Source: Burkholderiales bacterium (lineage in GTDB: Bacteria; Pseudomonadota; Gammaproteobacteria; Burkholderiales; SG8-41). Taken from it: 41,731 nt of DNA. The translations under genes and the position numbers were made by a program. The stretch is from positions 1-41,731 of the forward strand of contig JBBKXO010000152.1 in the NCBI GenBank assembly GCA_037969525.1, read 5' to 3'. Shown here in pieces: positions 19,772-28,354 of the stretch. The notes under the pieces were generated by a model, which saw only the letters and a list, made by a program, of their open reading frames with translations, was not told the origin of the DNA and did not search any database. The first letter of the stretch is position 1. Every line of letters starts with the position of its first letter.

Positions 19772-19800
19772 CAAAACAATTGCTGCAACCCATTGTTTTG
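19772..19800. promoter_or_regulatory. Perfect 9-bp inverted repeat CAAAACAAT-N11-ATTGTTTTG (candidate second operator)
   Basis: Arms at 19772-19780 and 19792-19800. A third direct copy CATTGTTTT lies at 19735-19743. The surrounding stretch is AT-rich. Confidence 0.3.
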
Positions 19801-19832
19801 ACAACGATTCTCTTGATGCGCGCAGCTCACGC

Positions 19833-19838
19833 TACAAT
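19833..19838 (+). promoter_or_regulatory. Candidate -10 box TACAAT for the FAD/Fe-S dehydrogenase-tauE operon
   Basis: Near-consensus hexamer about 50 nt upstream of the proposed TTG start. No convincing -35 at 17-bp spacing. Confidence 0.2.
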
Positions 19839-19888
19839 CGGGCCACCGCAATTTATTGCCCCCGCCCGTCGCTACTTTCGGAGTCCAA

Positions 19889-22837
19889 TTGAACGTCCCC
19901 GCTGATGGCCCTCGACCGCTGAGCGCGGCCGCCGATCCTGCCGCGCTCGCCACCCAATTAGAGCGCCGCATCAGCGGCGAAGTCCGCTTCGATACCGGCA
20001 CCCGCGCCACTTACTCCGCCGACGCCTCCAATTACCGCCAGACCCCCATCGGCGTGGTCATCCCGCGCAACGTAGAAGACATCATCGCGACGCTGGACCT
20101 CTGCCGGGAACATGGCGTGCCCATACTGCCGCGTGGCGGCGGCACCTCGCAGAACGGCCAGTGCGTGAACGTTGCCGTCGTCATCGACACCTCGAAATAC
20201 CTGAATCGCGTACTGGAAATCGATCCGGTAGCGATGACCGCACGCGTGGAACCCGGAGCGGTTTGTGATGCTCTGCGCGATGCGGCTGAACTGCACGGGC
20301 TGACCTTCGGTCCGGATCCGGCCACTCACAGCCGCTGCACGCTGGGCGGCATGATCGGTAACAACTCCTGCGGCGCTCACTCGGTGATGGCCGGCAAAAC
20401 CGTAGACAACGTCGAGACTCTGGACATCCTTACCTACGACGGTCTGCGGCTGACGGTCGGTCCGACCAGCGAAGATGAGCTGGTGCGCATCATCCGCGCC
20501 GGTGGCCGCCGCGGCGAGATTTACGGCCGCCTCCGTACACTGCGTGACAAATACGCTGACCTGATCCGCACCCGTTTTCCGAAAATCAAACGTCGCGTCT
20601 CCGGCTACAACCTTGACCAGCTGCTGCCGGAAAACGGATTCAACGTTGCCCGCGCACTGGTTGGCACCGAAGGCACTTGCGTAATCACGCTGGAAGCCAA
20701 AACCCGGCTGGTGCACAGCCCGCAGCAACGGGTGCTGCTGGTGCTGGGTTTTCCCGACATTTACGCCGCCGGCGACGCGGTGCCTGAAATACTCCCGTTT
20801 AAACCCATCGCCACCGAGGGCCTCGATGAACGCATCATCGGCGGCCTGCGCGCGCGCGGGCTGCGCGGCGCCGATATTGAGCTGCTGCCGCCGGGCAACG
20901 CCTGGATCATGATCGAATTCGGCGCTGACACGGTCGACGCGGCCAATGCACAAGCGACGGCGCTGATCGCCCACTACGCCGGGAAACCGAATACCCATCA
21001 GATGGTAAAACCATCCTCCTGGCTGATCACCGATCCGGCGCTGTGCGAACGCATCTGGACCATCCGCGAAACCGCGGCCTCAGCCACCGCACTGACCATA
21101 GACCCGGACCAGCCGGATCCTATCGTCGGCTGGGAGGACGCCGCGGTGGATCCGCTGCGTCTGGGCGACTACCTGCGTGAATTCCAGGCGCTGATTGATC
21201 GCCACGGTTATGAGACATCGCTGTACGGTCACTTCGGCGACGGCTGCATACACGCGCGCATCACTTTCGATACCCGCTCTACAGCTGGCATCCAGACCTG
21301 GCGCCGCTTCCTGCGTGCAGCGGCCGAACTGGTCGTAAAATACGGCGGCTCGCTGTCAGGCGAGCACGGCGACGGCCAGGCCAAGGCCGAGTTCCTGCCG
21401 GTGATGTACGGCGAGGAGCTGATGCAGGCCTTTCGCGAATTCAAGGCGATCTGGGATCCAGATAGCCGCATGAATCCGGGCAAGGTCATTGATCCCTACC
21501 GCGCCGACGAAAACCTCAAATACGGCCCGGACTACCGGCCGCTGCGCCCCGCCACCCGGTTTGCCTTTGCCAGCCGCGAGGGCAACGGCTTCAACCGCGC
21601 CATCGAGCGTTGCGTGGGCATGGGCAAATGCCGGGCCCACGCCGGTGGCGTGATGTGTCCCAGCTATCGTGCAACGCGCGAAGAACGCTACTCGACGCGC
21701 GGTCGCGCCCGGCTGCTGGGTGAAATGCTGCGCGGCGAAACCATACGCGACGGCTGGCAGAGCGAGGAAGTGCGCGAAGCGCTGGACCTGTGCCTCGCCT
21801 GCAAGGGCTGCAAGAGCGACTGTCCGACGCACACCGACATGGCGACTTACAAAGCCGAATTCCTGCACCACCATTACCTGGGCCGGCTGCGGCCGGTACA
21901 GGCCTACACCATGGGCCTGGTCAATCGCTGGGCGCGACTGGCCGCGCTGGCACCGCGCATGGTCAACCTGCTGACGGCGACACCGGGACTGTCCACGTTG
22001 CTGAAATACGCCGGCGGTGTGGCGCGCCAGCGCACAATCCCCAAATTTGCGCGCCGTACGTTCCGGCAGTGGTTTATGCGCCGCCGCTTCGCGCCGGCGG
22101 CTGCCGCGCAACGCGGCAGGATTATCCTGTGGGCTGACACGTTCAACAATCACTTCCAGCCGGGATCGGCCGCCGCCGCGGTCGAAGTGCTGGAGGCCCT
22201 GGGTTACACGGTCTCCGTGCCCCGGCAGCATTTATGCTGCGGCCGCCCGCTCTACGACTTTGGCATGCTCGATACCGCGCGCGCCTATTTGCAGGAAGTC
22301 ATGGACGCACTGGAACCCGACATCCGCGCCGGCGTGCCGGTCGTCGGGCTCGAACCCGCCTGCCTGTCGGTCTTCCGTGATGAGTTGCTGAATCTGTTCC
22401 CGGACCATGCACTGGCCAAGAAATTGAGCCAGCAAGTGCATCTGTTCAGCGACTTCCTGATGAACATCAGCGACTGGGATGCACCGCAGCTCGGCGGCGA
22501 TGCGCTGGTGCACGGCCATTGCCATCAAAAAGCCGTATTCGGCATGGCCAACGAAATGGCGCTGCTGAAGCGGCTGGGCATACGCGCGCGCACCGCCGAG
22601 TCCGGCTGCTGCGGCATGGCCGGCGCCTTCGGCTTCAATCCCGGGCACTACGATGTTTCGGTGAAAGTTGGCGAAGCCGCACTATTACCCGCGGTGCGCG
22701 CCGCCGATGAACTCACGATGATCATCGCCAGCGGTTACAGCTGCCGCGAACAGATCGCACAGCTGACTGAACGCAACGCCCTGCATGTCGCAGAAGTCGT
22801 CGCGCTTGCACTGACCCGCGCGCGCGCCGCAGCCTAA
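19889..22837 (+). CDS. FAD-binding (PCMH/GlcD-type) + 4Fe-4S + CCG-domain fusion dehydrogenase (YdiJ/GlcD-GlcF-like)
   Basis: ORF-track 19856..22837 trimmed to the in-frame TTG at 19889, which is preceded by GGAG. The N-terminal half resembles an FAD-linked oxidase. It has Cys clusters CVGMGKCR...MCPSY and CLACKGCKSDCP, and C-terminal CCG motifs (LCCGRP, GCCGMAG). Confidence 0.85.
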   Translation: MNVPADGPRPLSAAADPAALATQLERRISGEVRFDTGTRATYSADASNYRQTPIGVVIPRNVEDIIATLDLCREHGVPILPRGGGTSQNGQCVNVAVVIDTSKYLNRVLEIDPVAMTARVEPGAVCDALRDAAELHGLTFGPDPATHSRCTLGGMIGNNSCGAHSVMAGKTVDNVETLDILTYDGLRLTVGPTSEDELVRIIRAGGRRGEIYGRLRTLRDKYADLIRTRFPKIKRRVSGYNLDQLLPENGFNVARALVGTEGTCVITLEAKTRLVHSPQQRVLLVLGFPDIYAAGDAVPEILPFKPIATEGLDERIIGGLRARGLRGADIELLPPGNAWIMIEFGADTVDAANAQATALIAHYAGKPNTHQMVKPSSWLITDPALCERIWTIRETAASATALTIDPDQPDPIVGWEDAAVDPLRLGDYLREFQALIDRHGYETSLYGHFGDGCIHARITFDTRSTAGIQTWRRFLRAAAELVVKYGGSLSGEHGDGQAKAEFLPVMYGEELMQAFREFKAIWDPDSRMNPGKVIDPYRADENLKYGPDYRPLRPATRFAFASREGNGFNRAIERCVGMGKCRAHAGGVMCPSYRATREERYSTRGRARLLGEMLRGETIRDGWQSEEVREALDLCLACKGCKSDCPTHTDMATYKAEFLHHHYLGRLRPVQAYTMGLVNRWARLAALAPRMVNLLTATPGLSTLLKYAGGVARQRTIPKFARRTFRQWFMRRRFAPAAAAQRGRIILWADTFNNHFQPGSAAAAVEVLEALGYTVSVPRQHLCCGRPLYDFGMLDTARAYLQEVMDALEPDIRAGVPVVGLEPACLSVFRDELLNLFPDHALAKKLSQQVHLFSDFLMNISDWDAPQLGGDALVHGHCHQKAVFGMANEMALLKRLGIRARTAESGCCGMAGAFGFNPGHYDVSVKVGEAALLPAVRAADELTMIIASGYSCREQIAQLTERNALHVAEVVALALTRARAAA

Positions 22838-22847
22838 ATACACCATC

Positions 22848-23624
22848 GTGTCCGGTTTCGAAAATCTCTCGCCCTGGCTGGTCGCGTACATCGCCATCGT
22901 GATCGTCGCGGCGGGCTGGGTGCAGGGTGCGCTCGGCCTCGGCTTCCCGATGATCGCAACCCCGCTGATCGCCGCAGCCACCAACATGCAGGTTGCAGTC
23001 GTCATGGTGCTGATTCCATGCATCGCCGCGGTGCTGGTCAATATTCTGCGCAGCCCCGGATTTGTCGATGTGCTGCGGCGTTTCTGGTGGATGCCCTTTG
23101 TTGCGATGATCGGCGCGGTCATCGGCGCGCGTCTGTTCGTGCTGTATCCGGATTTTCCGTATGCCCTGCTGCTGGCCGGTGTGATCCTGTTCTACCTCAA
23201 CCTCGACCGCCTCGGCCTCACACAATGGCCGCTGATGCGCAGGCACGAGAGCGCCTTCGGGCTCACCTTCGGACTGCTCGGCGGCATCAGCGAAAGCACG
23301 GCCAACATCGCCGCGCCGCCGCTGATCATCTACTACCTCGGCATCGGCCTGTCGCCGCTGCTGCTAGTGCCGGCGATGAACATTTCGTTTCTGGTCGGCA
23401 AAGTTACACAGTTTTCAACGCTGGCTGCGAGTGGCATTGCGACACCGACGATCTGGCTGATGACCTTGCCGCTGGCGGTGCTGGCCACGATCGCGTCACT
23501 GCTCGGCACGCGCATCCGCAGCCGGATTGACGGTCCGACCTACGCGCGGTGGATGCGCCGCATGCTGTTTGCAATGGCAATGATTTTGCTGGCGCAGGTC
23601 GCCTATCGCCACCTGACGACGTAA
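22848..23624 (+). CDS. TauE/SafE-family sulfite/sulfonate exporter
   Basis: 258 aa. Polytopic membrane protein with GWVQGALGLGFPMIATPLI and a repeated second half typical of TauE/SafE. GTG start 10 bp after the dehydrogenase stop. Confidence 0.8.
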   Translation: MSGFENLSPWLVAYIAIVIVAAGWVQGALGLGFPMIATPLIAAATNMQVAVVMVLIPCIAAVLVNILRSPGFVDVLRRFWWMPFVAMIGAVIGARLFVLYPDFPYALLLAGVILFYLNLDRLGLTQWPLMRRHESAFGLTFGLLGGISESTANIAAPPLIIYYLGIGLSPLLLVPAMNISFLVGKVTQFSTLAASGIATPTIWLMTLPLAVLATIASLLGTRIRSRIDGPTYARWMRRMLFAMAMILLAQVAYRHLTT

Positions 23625-23635
23625 CTGCGAGACGT

Positions 23636-23663
23636 AAAAAAGCCGGCTGAAGCCGGCTTTTTT
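23636..23663. terminator. Bidirectional rho-independent terminator between tauE-like and grxD
   Basis: A6-AGCCGGC-TGAA-GCCGGCT-T6: a perfect 7-bp GC-rich stem with A and T runs on either side, between convergent genes. Confidence 0.85.
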
Positions 23664-23677
23664 GGGCATCCCGCAAA

Positions 23678-23986
23678 TCAGGGTTGCAGCAGTTTTTTCA
23701 GTTCACCGTTCTGGTGCATCTCCGACACGATATCCGAACCGCCGACGAATTCACCGTTGACGTAGAGCTGGGGGATCGTCGGCCAGTTGGCGTACTGCTT
23801 GATGCCCTGGCGGATTTCCGGGTCTTCCAGCACGTTGACCGTGAACATTTCATTGACCCCACAGGCACGCAATATATTGATCGCGTTCGCCGAGAAACCG
23901 CACTGCGGAAAATCGGGTGAGCCCTTCATATAGAGCACGACTTTGTGGCTGGTGACTTGATTCTTAATGGTTTCCTGCACAGACAT
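23678..23986 (-). CDS. grxD: Monothiol glutaredoxin (Grx4 family)
   Basis: 102 aa with the CGFS active site (PQCGFSANA) and [14 protein letters not shown] lies upstream of the ATG. Confidence 0.9.
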   Translation of the reverse strand: MSVQETIKNQVTSHKVVLYMKGSPDFPQCGFSANAINILRACGVNEMFTVNVLEDPEIRQGIKQYANWPTIPQLYVNGEFVGGSDIVSEMHQNGELKKLLQP

Positions 23987-24147
23987 GGCTATAACTCCTA
24001 AACATGACGCCTAAAACTTGACCAAACTAATCGGGTATGGAGTTTAACGAGGAGGTGCAGCGGGGTCAAGAGAGCGACGCGTACTCTACGTCGCGCAATC
24101 TGGGGCGTTTTTCCCAATGTAATTGCAGGGTTTATCCACCATACCGG

Positions 24148-24783
24148 TCAGCCTTTTGCGTTCTCATTCCCTTGCAGTACGGCCAGTACCGCACCCGGCA
24201 TCAGCGCCGCGCCAAATACTTCCAGCGCAGCCGATTCCATCAATTCCGCTTCCCAGCTAAACCAGCGGGCTACGCTGTCGGGCTTGCTGTGCTCTGCATC
24301 GCATAACGCAGGATCGGTCACCACCAGCAGTTTGCGGCAGGCGTTAGGCCGGTATTCATATACCGTGCAGGCATTATCATTGCCCAGGAACCCGCAGGCC
24401 CTGTCGGCCACCGGTTGTTGCCGCCAGGTGTTTACGCTGTAACGGCTCTGCCTTACCAGTCGCGCCACATCCAGTTTCATGCCGGCGTCACGTGCAACCT
24501 CGACCAGCAGCGCCGCCTCGTGGGGCCAGATCTCGACCGCCTCACGGCAGCAATGGCTGCAGCCCTTGCCGCACTGGATGTTTTCGCTGCCCGGGATCGT
24601 TCGCAGGTCCCGTTGCAGCACATCGTCCATGGCACTGTGCGCGCTCTGCGCGACCGAGAGCGCATCCTGATCTACGGTTTCGCGAAACCGTTGAATATGG
24701 CCGTCGTAAACGGCCTGCAGGTGCGCCTCTTTCTTCTGATCGCGTGCAGCCCTGTTTGCGGCAGCTTTGGAATCGTCGGTCAT
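24148..24783 (-). CDS. YkgJ-family cysteine-cluster (CxxCxxCC, putative Zn/Fe-chelating) protein with an N-terminal extension
   Basis: CGKGCSHCC and ACGFL...ACTVYEYRPNACR motifs. ORF-track TTG start 24810 trimmed to the ATG at 24783 (MTDDSKAA...); the start is uncertain. Confidence 0.65.
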   Translation of the reverse strand: MTDDSKAAANRAARDQKKEAHLQAVYDGHIQRFRETVDQDALSVAQSAHSAMDDVLQRDLRTIPGSENIQCGKGCSHCCREAVEIWPHEAALLVEVARDAGMKLDVARLVRQSRYSVNTWRQQPVADRACGFLGNDNACTVYEYRPNACRKLLVVTDPALCDAEHSKPDSVARWFSWEAELMESAALEVFGAALMPGAVLAVLQGNENAKG

Positions 24784-24806
24784 GTCACAGCATATGCGCA
24801 AAAAAC

Positions 24807-25643
24807 TCAATCATCCAAGCGCCCGCCGCTGACGCGCGGCATGCCTGCCAGGTCAGGCGCGTTGAAAATCTCATGGAAACCCGCCCCATCGAGCAATTGC
24901 GCACACGCATCTGCCTGATCAAAACCATGTTCCAGCAACAGCCAGCTTCCTGCATGCAGATGCTGCGGCGCCTGCGCAATAATGTGGCGCAAGTCTCGCT
25001 GTCCATCGGCGCCGGCAGCCAACGCGGCGCGCGGCTCATGTCGCAGATCGCCCAGCTGCAGATGTGCATCGCCGTCCGCTACATAAGGCGGATTGGCCAC
25101 GACCATGTCGTAGCGTTTGTTATCCAGTGCGGAGTACCAGTCGCTTTGCAGCAGCGTAGTGTTAGCTGCGGCCCAGCGCGACGCATTGCCGCGGGCAACT
25201 TCCAGCGCAGCACGCGACGCGTCGATCAGCGTCACCTGCGCCTGCGGTCGCTCGGCGGCAATAGTCACACCGACGCAGCCACTACCTGCACCCAGATCAA
25301 GCACACTACATGGGGCGTCGGTGTGCACACGCTGCAACGCCATTTCCACCAGCAATTCCGTCTCGGGCCGCGGAATCAGCACCGCCGGAGTCACCTCAAA
25401 ATCACGACCGTAGAATTCGCGACGACCGGTAATGTAGGCCATGGGTACGCCGGCAACACGGCGCGCCAGCAGCGCTGCCATCAGCTGCGTCTGCACGGCT
25501 GTCAGTTCATCATCACCGTGCGCAAGCAGCCAGGCATCGTCGTGCTGCAACACTTCGCGCAGCAACACCCGCGCCTCGATGCGCCCAACCGCGGCCTGCG
25601 CCGCAGCCAGGCTGGTGGCTATGGTCATCGCTGCAGGCATCAT
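24807..25643 (-). CDS. prmC: Release-factor glutamine methyltransferase
   Basis: 278 aa with the NPPY motif (VANPPYV) and SAM motif LDLGAGSG. Follows prfA. Confidence 0.9.
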   Translation of the reverse strand: MMPAAMTIATSLAAAQAAVGRIEARVLLREVLQHDDAWLLAHGDDELTAVQTQLMAALLARRVAGVPMAYITGRREFYGRDFEVTPAVLIPRPETELLVEMALQRVHTDAPCSVLDLGAGSGCVGVTIAAERPQAQVTLIDASRAALEVARGNASRWAAANTTLLQSDWYSALDNKRYDMVVANPPYVADGDAHLQLGDLRHEPRAALAAGADGQRDLRHIIAQAPQHLHAGSWLLLEHGFDQADACAQLLDGAGFHEIFNAPDLAGMPRVSGGRLDD

Positions 25644-25676
25644 GGAGTAAGATAAAAAACCAATAAAACCAACTAT

Positions 25677-26768
25677 TTACGTAACGCCCTGCTCTTCCGC
25701 CAGCTGCGCCAGCAGTTCGGCCTGGTGCTCTGCGGCCAGCGCGTCAACGAGATCGTCGAGATCGCCATCGATGATCTGCGCAATCTTGTAGAGCGTCAGG
25801 TTGATGCGGTGATCGGTGACGCGTCCCTGCGGGAAATTGTAAGTGCGTATGCGTTCGGAACGGTCGCCGCTACCGATCAGCGATTTGCGCGTCGCCGCCG
25901 TTTTCGAATTCTGTTCGCGAATCTGCTTGTCCTTCAGCCGCGCTGCCAGCACCGACAGTGCGCGCGCCTTGTTCTTGTGCTGCGAGCGATCGTCCTGGCA
26001 TTCCACCACGAGGCCGGTCGGCAGATGGGTGATGCGGATCGCCGAATCGGTCTTGTTGACGTGCTGGCCGCCGGCCCCCGACGCGCGGAAGGTATCGATG
26101 CGCATCTCCGCCGGATTGAGCACGATTTCGCTGACTGCGTCGGCTTCCGGCATCACCGCCACGGTGCACGCCGAGGTATGGATGCGCCCCTGCGTTTCAG
26201 TGACCGGTACGCGCTGCACGCGGTGGCCGCCGGATTCAAATTTCAGCTTGGAGTAGGCGCCGTCGCCGATGATTTTCACGATGATTTCGCGGTAGCCGCC
26301 GAGGTCCGACGGACTTTCCGACATAACTTCGACCTGCCAGTGCTTGCGTTCCGCATAACGCGCATACATGCGGAAAATTTCTCCCGCGAACAACGCCGAC
26401 TCCTCGCCACCGGTGCCGGCGCGGACCTCAAGAAAAATGTTGCGTTCGTCATTGGGATCGCGCGGCAGCAGCAGCTTCTGCAAATCCACTTCCAGCGCAT
26501 CCAGCCGCGCTCGCGTTTCGGCGACCTCGATTTCCGCAAATTCCCGCGTCGCCGGATCATTCGCCATTTCCCGCGCAGTTTTCAGATCAGCCTCGTTGCC
26601 CTGGTAACGCCGGTAGAGCTCGACCACAGACCCGAGTTCGGCATGCTCGCGCGTGAGCTTGCGATAGTTGTCCATGTTCGCCGTGATGTTCTCGGCGGTG
26701 AGCAGGCGGTTGATCTCCTCCAGCCGCATCGACAGCTGGTTGAGTTTTGCAGCAATGCTGGGCTTCAT
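25677..26768 (-). CDS. prfA: Peptide chain release factor 1
   Basis: GGQ motif ([11 protein letters not shown]) and an RF1-type PxT region. ORF-track start trimmed to MKPSIAAKL (ATG 26766-26768). Confidence 0.95.
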   Translation of the reverse strand: MKPSIAAKLNQLSMRLEEINRLLTAENITANMDNYRKLTREHAELGSVVELYRRYQGNEADLKTAREMANDPATREFAEIEVAETRARLDALEVDLQKLLLPRDPNDERNIFLEVRAGTGGEESALFAGEIFRMYARYAERKHWQVEVMSESPSDLGGYREIIVKIIGDGAYSKLKFESGGHRVQRVPVTETQGRIHTSACTVAVMPEADAVSEIVLNPAEMRIDTFRASGAGGQHVNKTDSAIRITHLPTGLVVECQDDRSQHKNKARALSVLAARLKDKQIREQNSKTAATRKSLIGSGDRSERIRTYNFPQGRVTDHRINLTLYKIAQIIDGDLDDLVDALAAEHQAELLAQLAEEQGVT

Positions 26769-26817
26769 GTATGCAGGCTCTGGCCGCAATACCGGCGGCG
26801 GTTGCGCGACCTCACCG

Positions 26818-28077
26818 TTACTCGGGCCGCTGTATCTGGTAGAGACGGGCGATCAGCGCCGCGAGTTGATCGCGTTCATCCTGGGCAGCGTGGTTGAGTG
26901 CATGCGACGGCGGATGCATGAACTTGTTGGTCAGCGCCCGCGACAGTTCGTCCAGGACCTGCTGCGGATCTGCGCCGCGGGCAAGACGCCGCTGCGCGCG
27001 CTCGAGCTCGTGGCGGCGTGAACGCTCCGCGGTATCGCGCAGCGCGCGGATGGTCGGCACCAGCTCGCGGTTGTCGAGCCAGTGCATGAAATCGGAAACC
27101 TGGTTCTCGATGATCACTTCAGCCTGGGCCACGGCATTTACCCGCTGATCCATGCCCTCGCGCGCAATCTGCCCGAGATCGTCCACGGTGTACAGAAAAG
27201 CGTCGTCGAGCGCAGCCACTTCCGCTTCAATATCGCGCGGCACCGCCAGATCAAACAGCAACATCGGCCGGTGCTTACGTGCCTTCAGCGCGCTTTCGAC
27301 CACGCCCTTGCCGACGATGGGCAGCGGACTCGCGGTGCAGCAGATGATGATGTCGTACAGCGCCAGTTGCGCGGCGATGTCATTCAGCGGGATGACATGG
27401 CCGAAAAAGCGGTCGGCCAGTTGTTGCGAACGCGCCTGGGTGCGGTTGGCAAAAGTCATGCGCCGTGGATGATGCGCGGCAAAATGTGTCGCGGCCAGAT
27501 CGATCATTTCCCCGGCGCCGACCAGCAAAACGCTTTGCTCCGCAACACTCGGATAGATGCGTTCGGCCAGCCGCACTGCGGCTGCCGCCATCGATACCGT
27601 GTTGGCACCTATGTCGGTTTCACTGCGCACGGATTTCGCCACCGAGAAAGTGCGCTGGAACAGTTTGTTCAGCAGCCAGCCCAGCGTGCCGGCGGCCTCA
27701 GCGGTGCGCACCGCGTCCTTGAACTGGCCGAGGATCTGCGGCTCGCCCAGCACCATCGAATCCAGTCCGCTGGCCACGCGAAAGGCATGCTTCACCGCTC
27801 GATCCTGCGGTAGCTCGTAGAGATAGGGCGCGATCTGCGCGGGCTTCAGCTGGTGATAGCCCGCCAGCCATTCCACGGCGTGCACCGGTTCGGCAGTGGA
27901 GCAATAAACCTCGGTGCGGTTGCAGGTGGAAATGATCGCCGCTTCGCTGACCGGCCGGCGGTCAACCAGGTCACGCAATGCCTGGGCCAGTTGATCGGCG
28001 CCAAAAACCACCCGTTCGCGCACATCCAGTGGCGCGGTCTGGTGATTCAGTCCAAAGGCGAAAAGCGGCATGGGCAC
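26818..28077 (-). CDS. hemA: Glutamyl-tRNA reductase
   Basis: 419 aa with [17 protein letters not shown], the catalytic STCNRTE motif and an NADPH-binding GAGEM motif. Confidence 0.93.
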   Translation of the reverse strand: MPMPLFAFGLNHQTAPLDVRERVVFGADQLAQALRDLVDRRPVSEAAIISTCNRTEVYCSTAEPVHAVEWLAGYHQLKPAQIAPYLYELPQDRAVKHAFRVASGLDSMVLGEPQILGQFKDAVRTAEAAGTLGWLLNKLFQRTFSVAKSVRSETDIGANTVSMAAAAVRLAERIYPSVAEQSVLLVGAGEMIDLAATHFAAHHPRRMTFANRTQARSQQLADRFFGHVIPLNDIAAQLALYDIIICCTASPLPIVGKGVVESALKARKHRPMLLFDLAVPRDIEAEVAALDDAFLYTVDDLGQIAREGMDQRVNAVAQAEVIIENQVSDFMHWLDNRELVPTIRALRDTAERSRRHELERAQRRLARGADPQQVLDELSRALTNKFMHPPSHALNHAAQDERDQLAALIARLYQIQRPE

Positions 28078-28169
28078 GGCGGCGCGCGTCGAAAAAGACC
28101 TTGTATTTTAACCGCTTACCGCCACCCCCGCCACTTGCGGACGCCCTTTACCGGCGCCCATCCGGACGA

Positions 28170-28340
28170 TCAGGACGAGATGGCAATCATGTCAAAGTCG
28201 GCCTTGGTCGCCGAACAATGCGGGCAGGTCCAGTCGGCCGGCACATCTTCCCAGCGCGTACCCGGGTTGATGCCCTCATCGGGCAACCCCGCCGCCTCGT
28301 CATAGATGAAACCGCACAGGATGCACTGCCATGTTTTCAT
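28170..28340 (-). CDS. Rubredoxin (56 aa)
   Basis: Below the ORF-track length cut-off. My translation is MKTWQCILCGFIYDEAAGLPDEGINPGTRWEDVPADWTCPHCSATKADFDMIAISS, with the CxxCG...W..P..W.CP.C rubredoxin signature. AGGAG lies 6 nt upstream of the ATG. The start is 14 bp after the stop of the upstream dehydrogenase gene. Coordinates cross-checked against neighbouring ORF frames. Confidence 0.85.
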   Translation of the reverse strand: MKTWQCILCGFIYDEAAGLPDEGINPGTRWEDVPADWTCPHCSATKADFDMIAISS

Positions 28341-28354
28341 GCCGTGCTCCTGAC

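Noticed and set aside
19609-19905. 98-aa ORF inside the xsc / dehydrogenase divergent region
   Set aside because: It runs through the poly-C tract, the operator and the AT-rich promoter core. The composition is not protein-like (FYYVFYLFF) and there is no RBS.
19958-22231. 346-aa (19958..20998) and 291-aa (21356..22231) minus-strand ORFs
   Set aside because: Antisense to the FAD/Fe-S dehydrogenase, whose Cys-cluster and CCG motifs identify the true frame.
24074-24094. Hairpin GCGACG-N9-CGTCGC downstream of the ykgJ-like gene as a possible terminator
   Set aside because: The stem is only 6 bp with a large loop and no adjacent U-tract on the relevant (minus) strand. It is too weak to call.
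25677-26789. Possible programmed frameshift in the release-factor gene
   Set aside because: The gene is RF1 (prfA), not RF2, and the frame is uninterrupted with no internal in-frame stop, so no recoding is needed.
24492-26897. 387-aa (24492..25655) and 390-aa (25725..26897) plus-strand ORFs
   Set aside because: Antisense to prmC and prfA, both of which carry diagnostic motifs (NPPY, GGQ). Typical GC-rich shadow frames.
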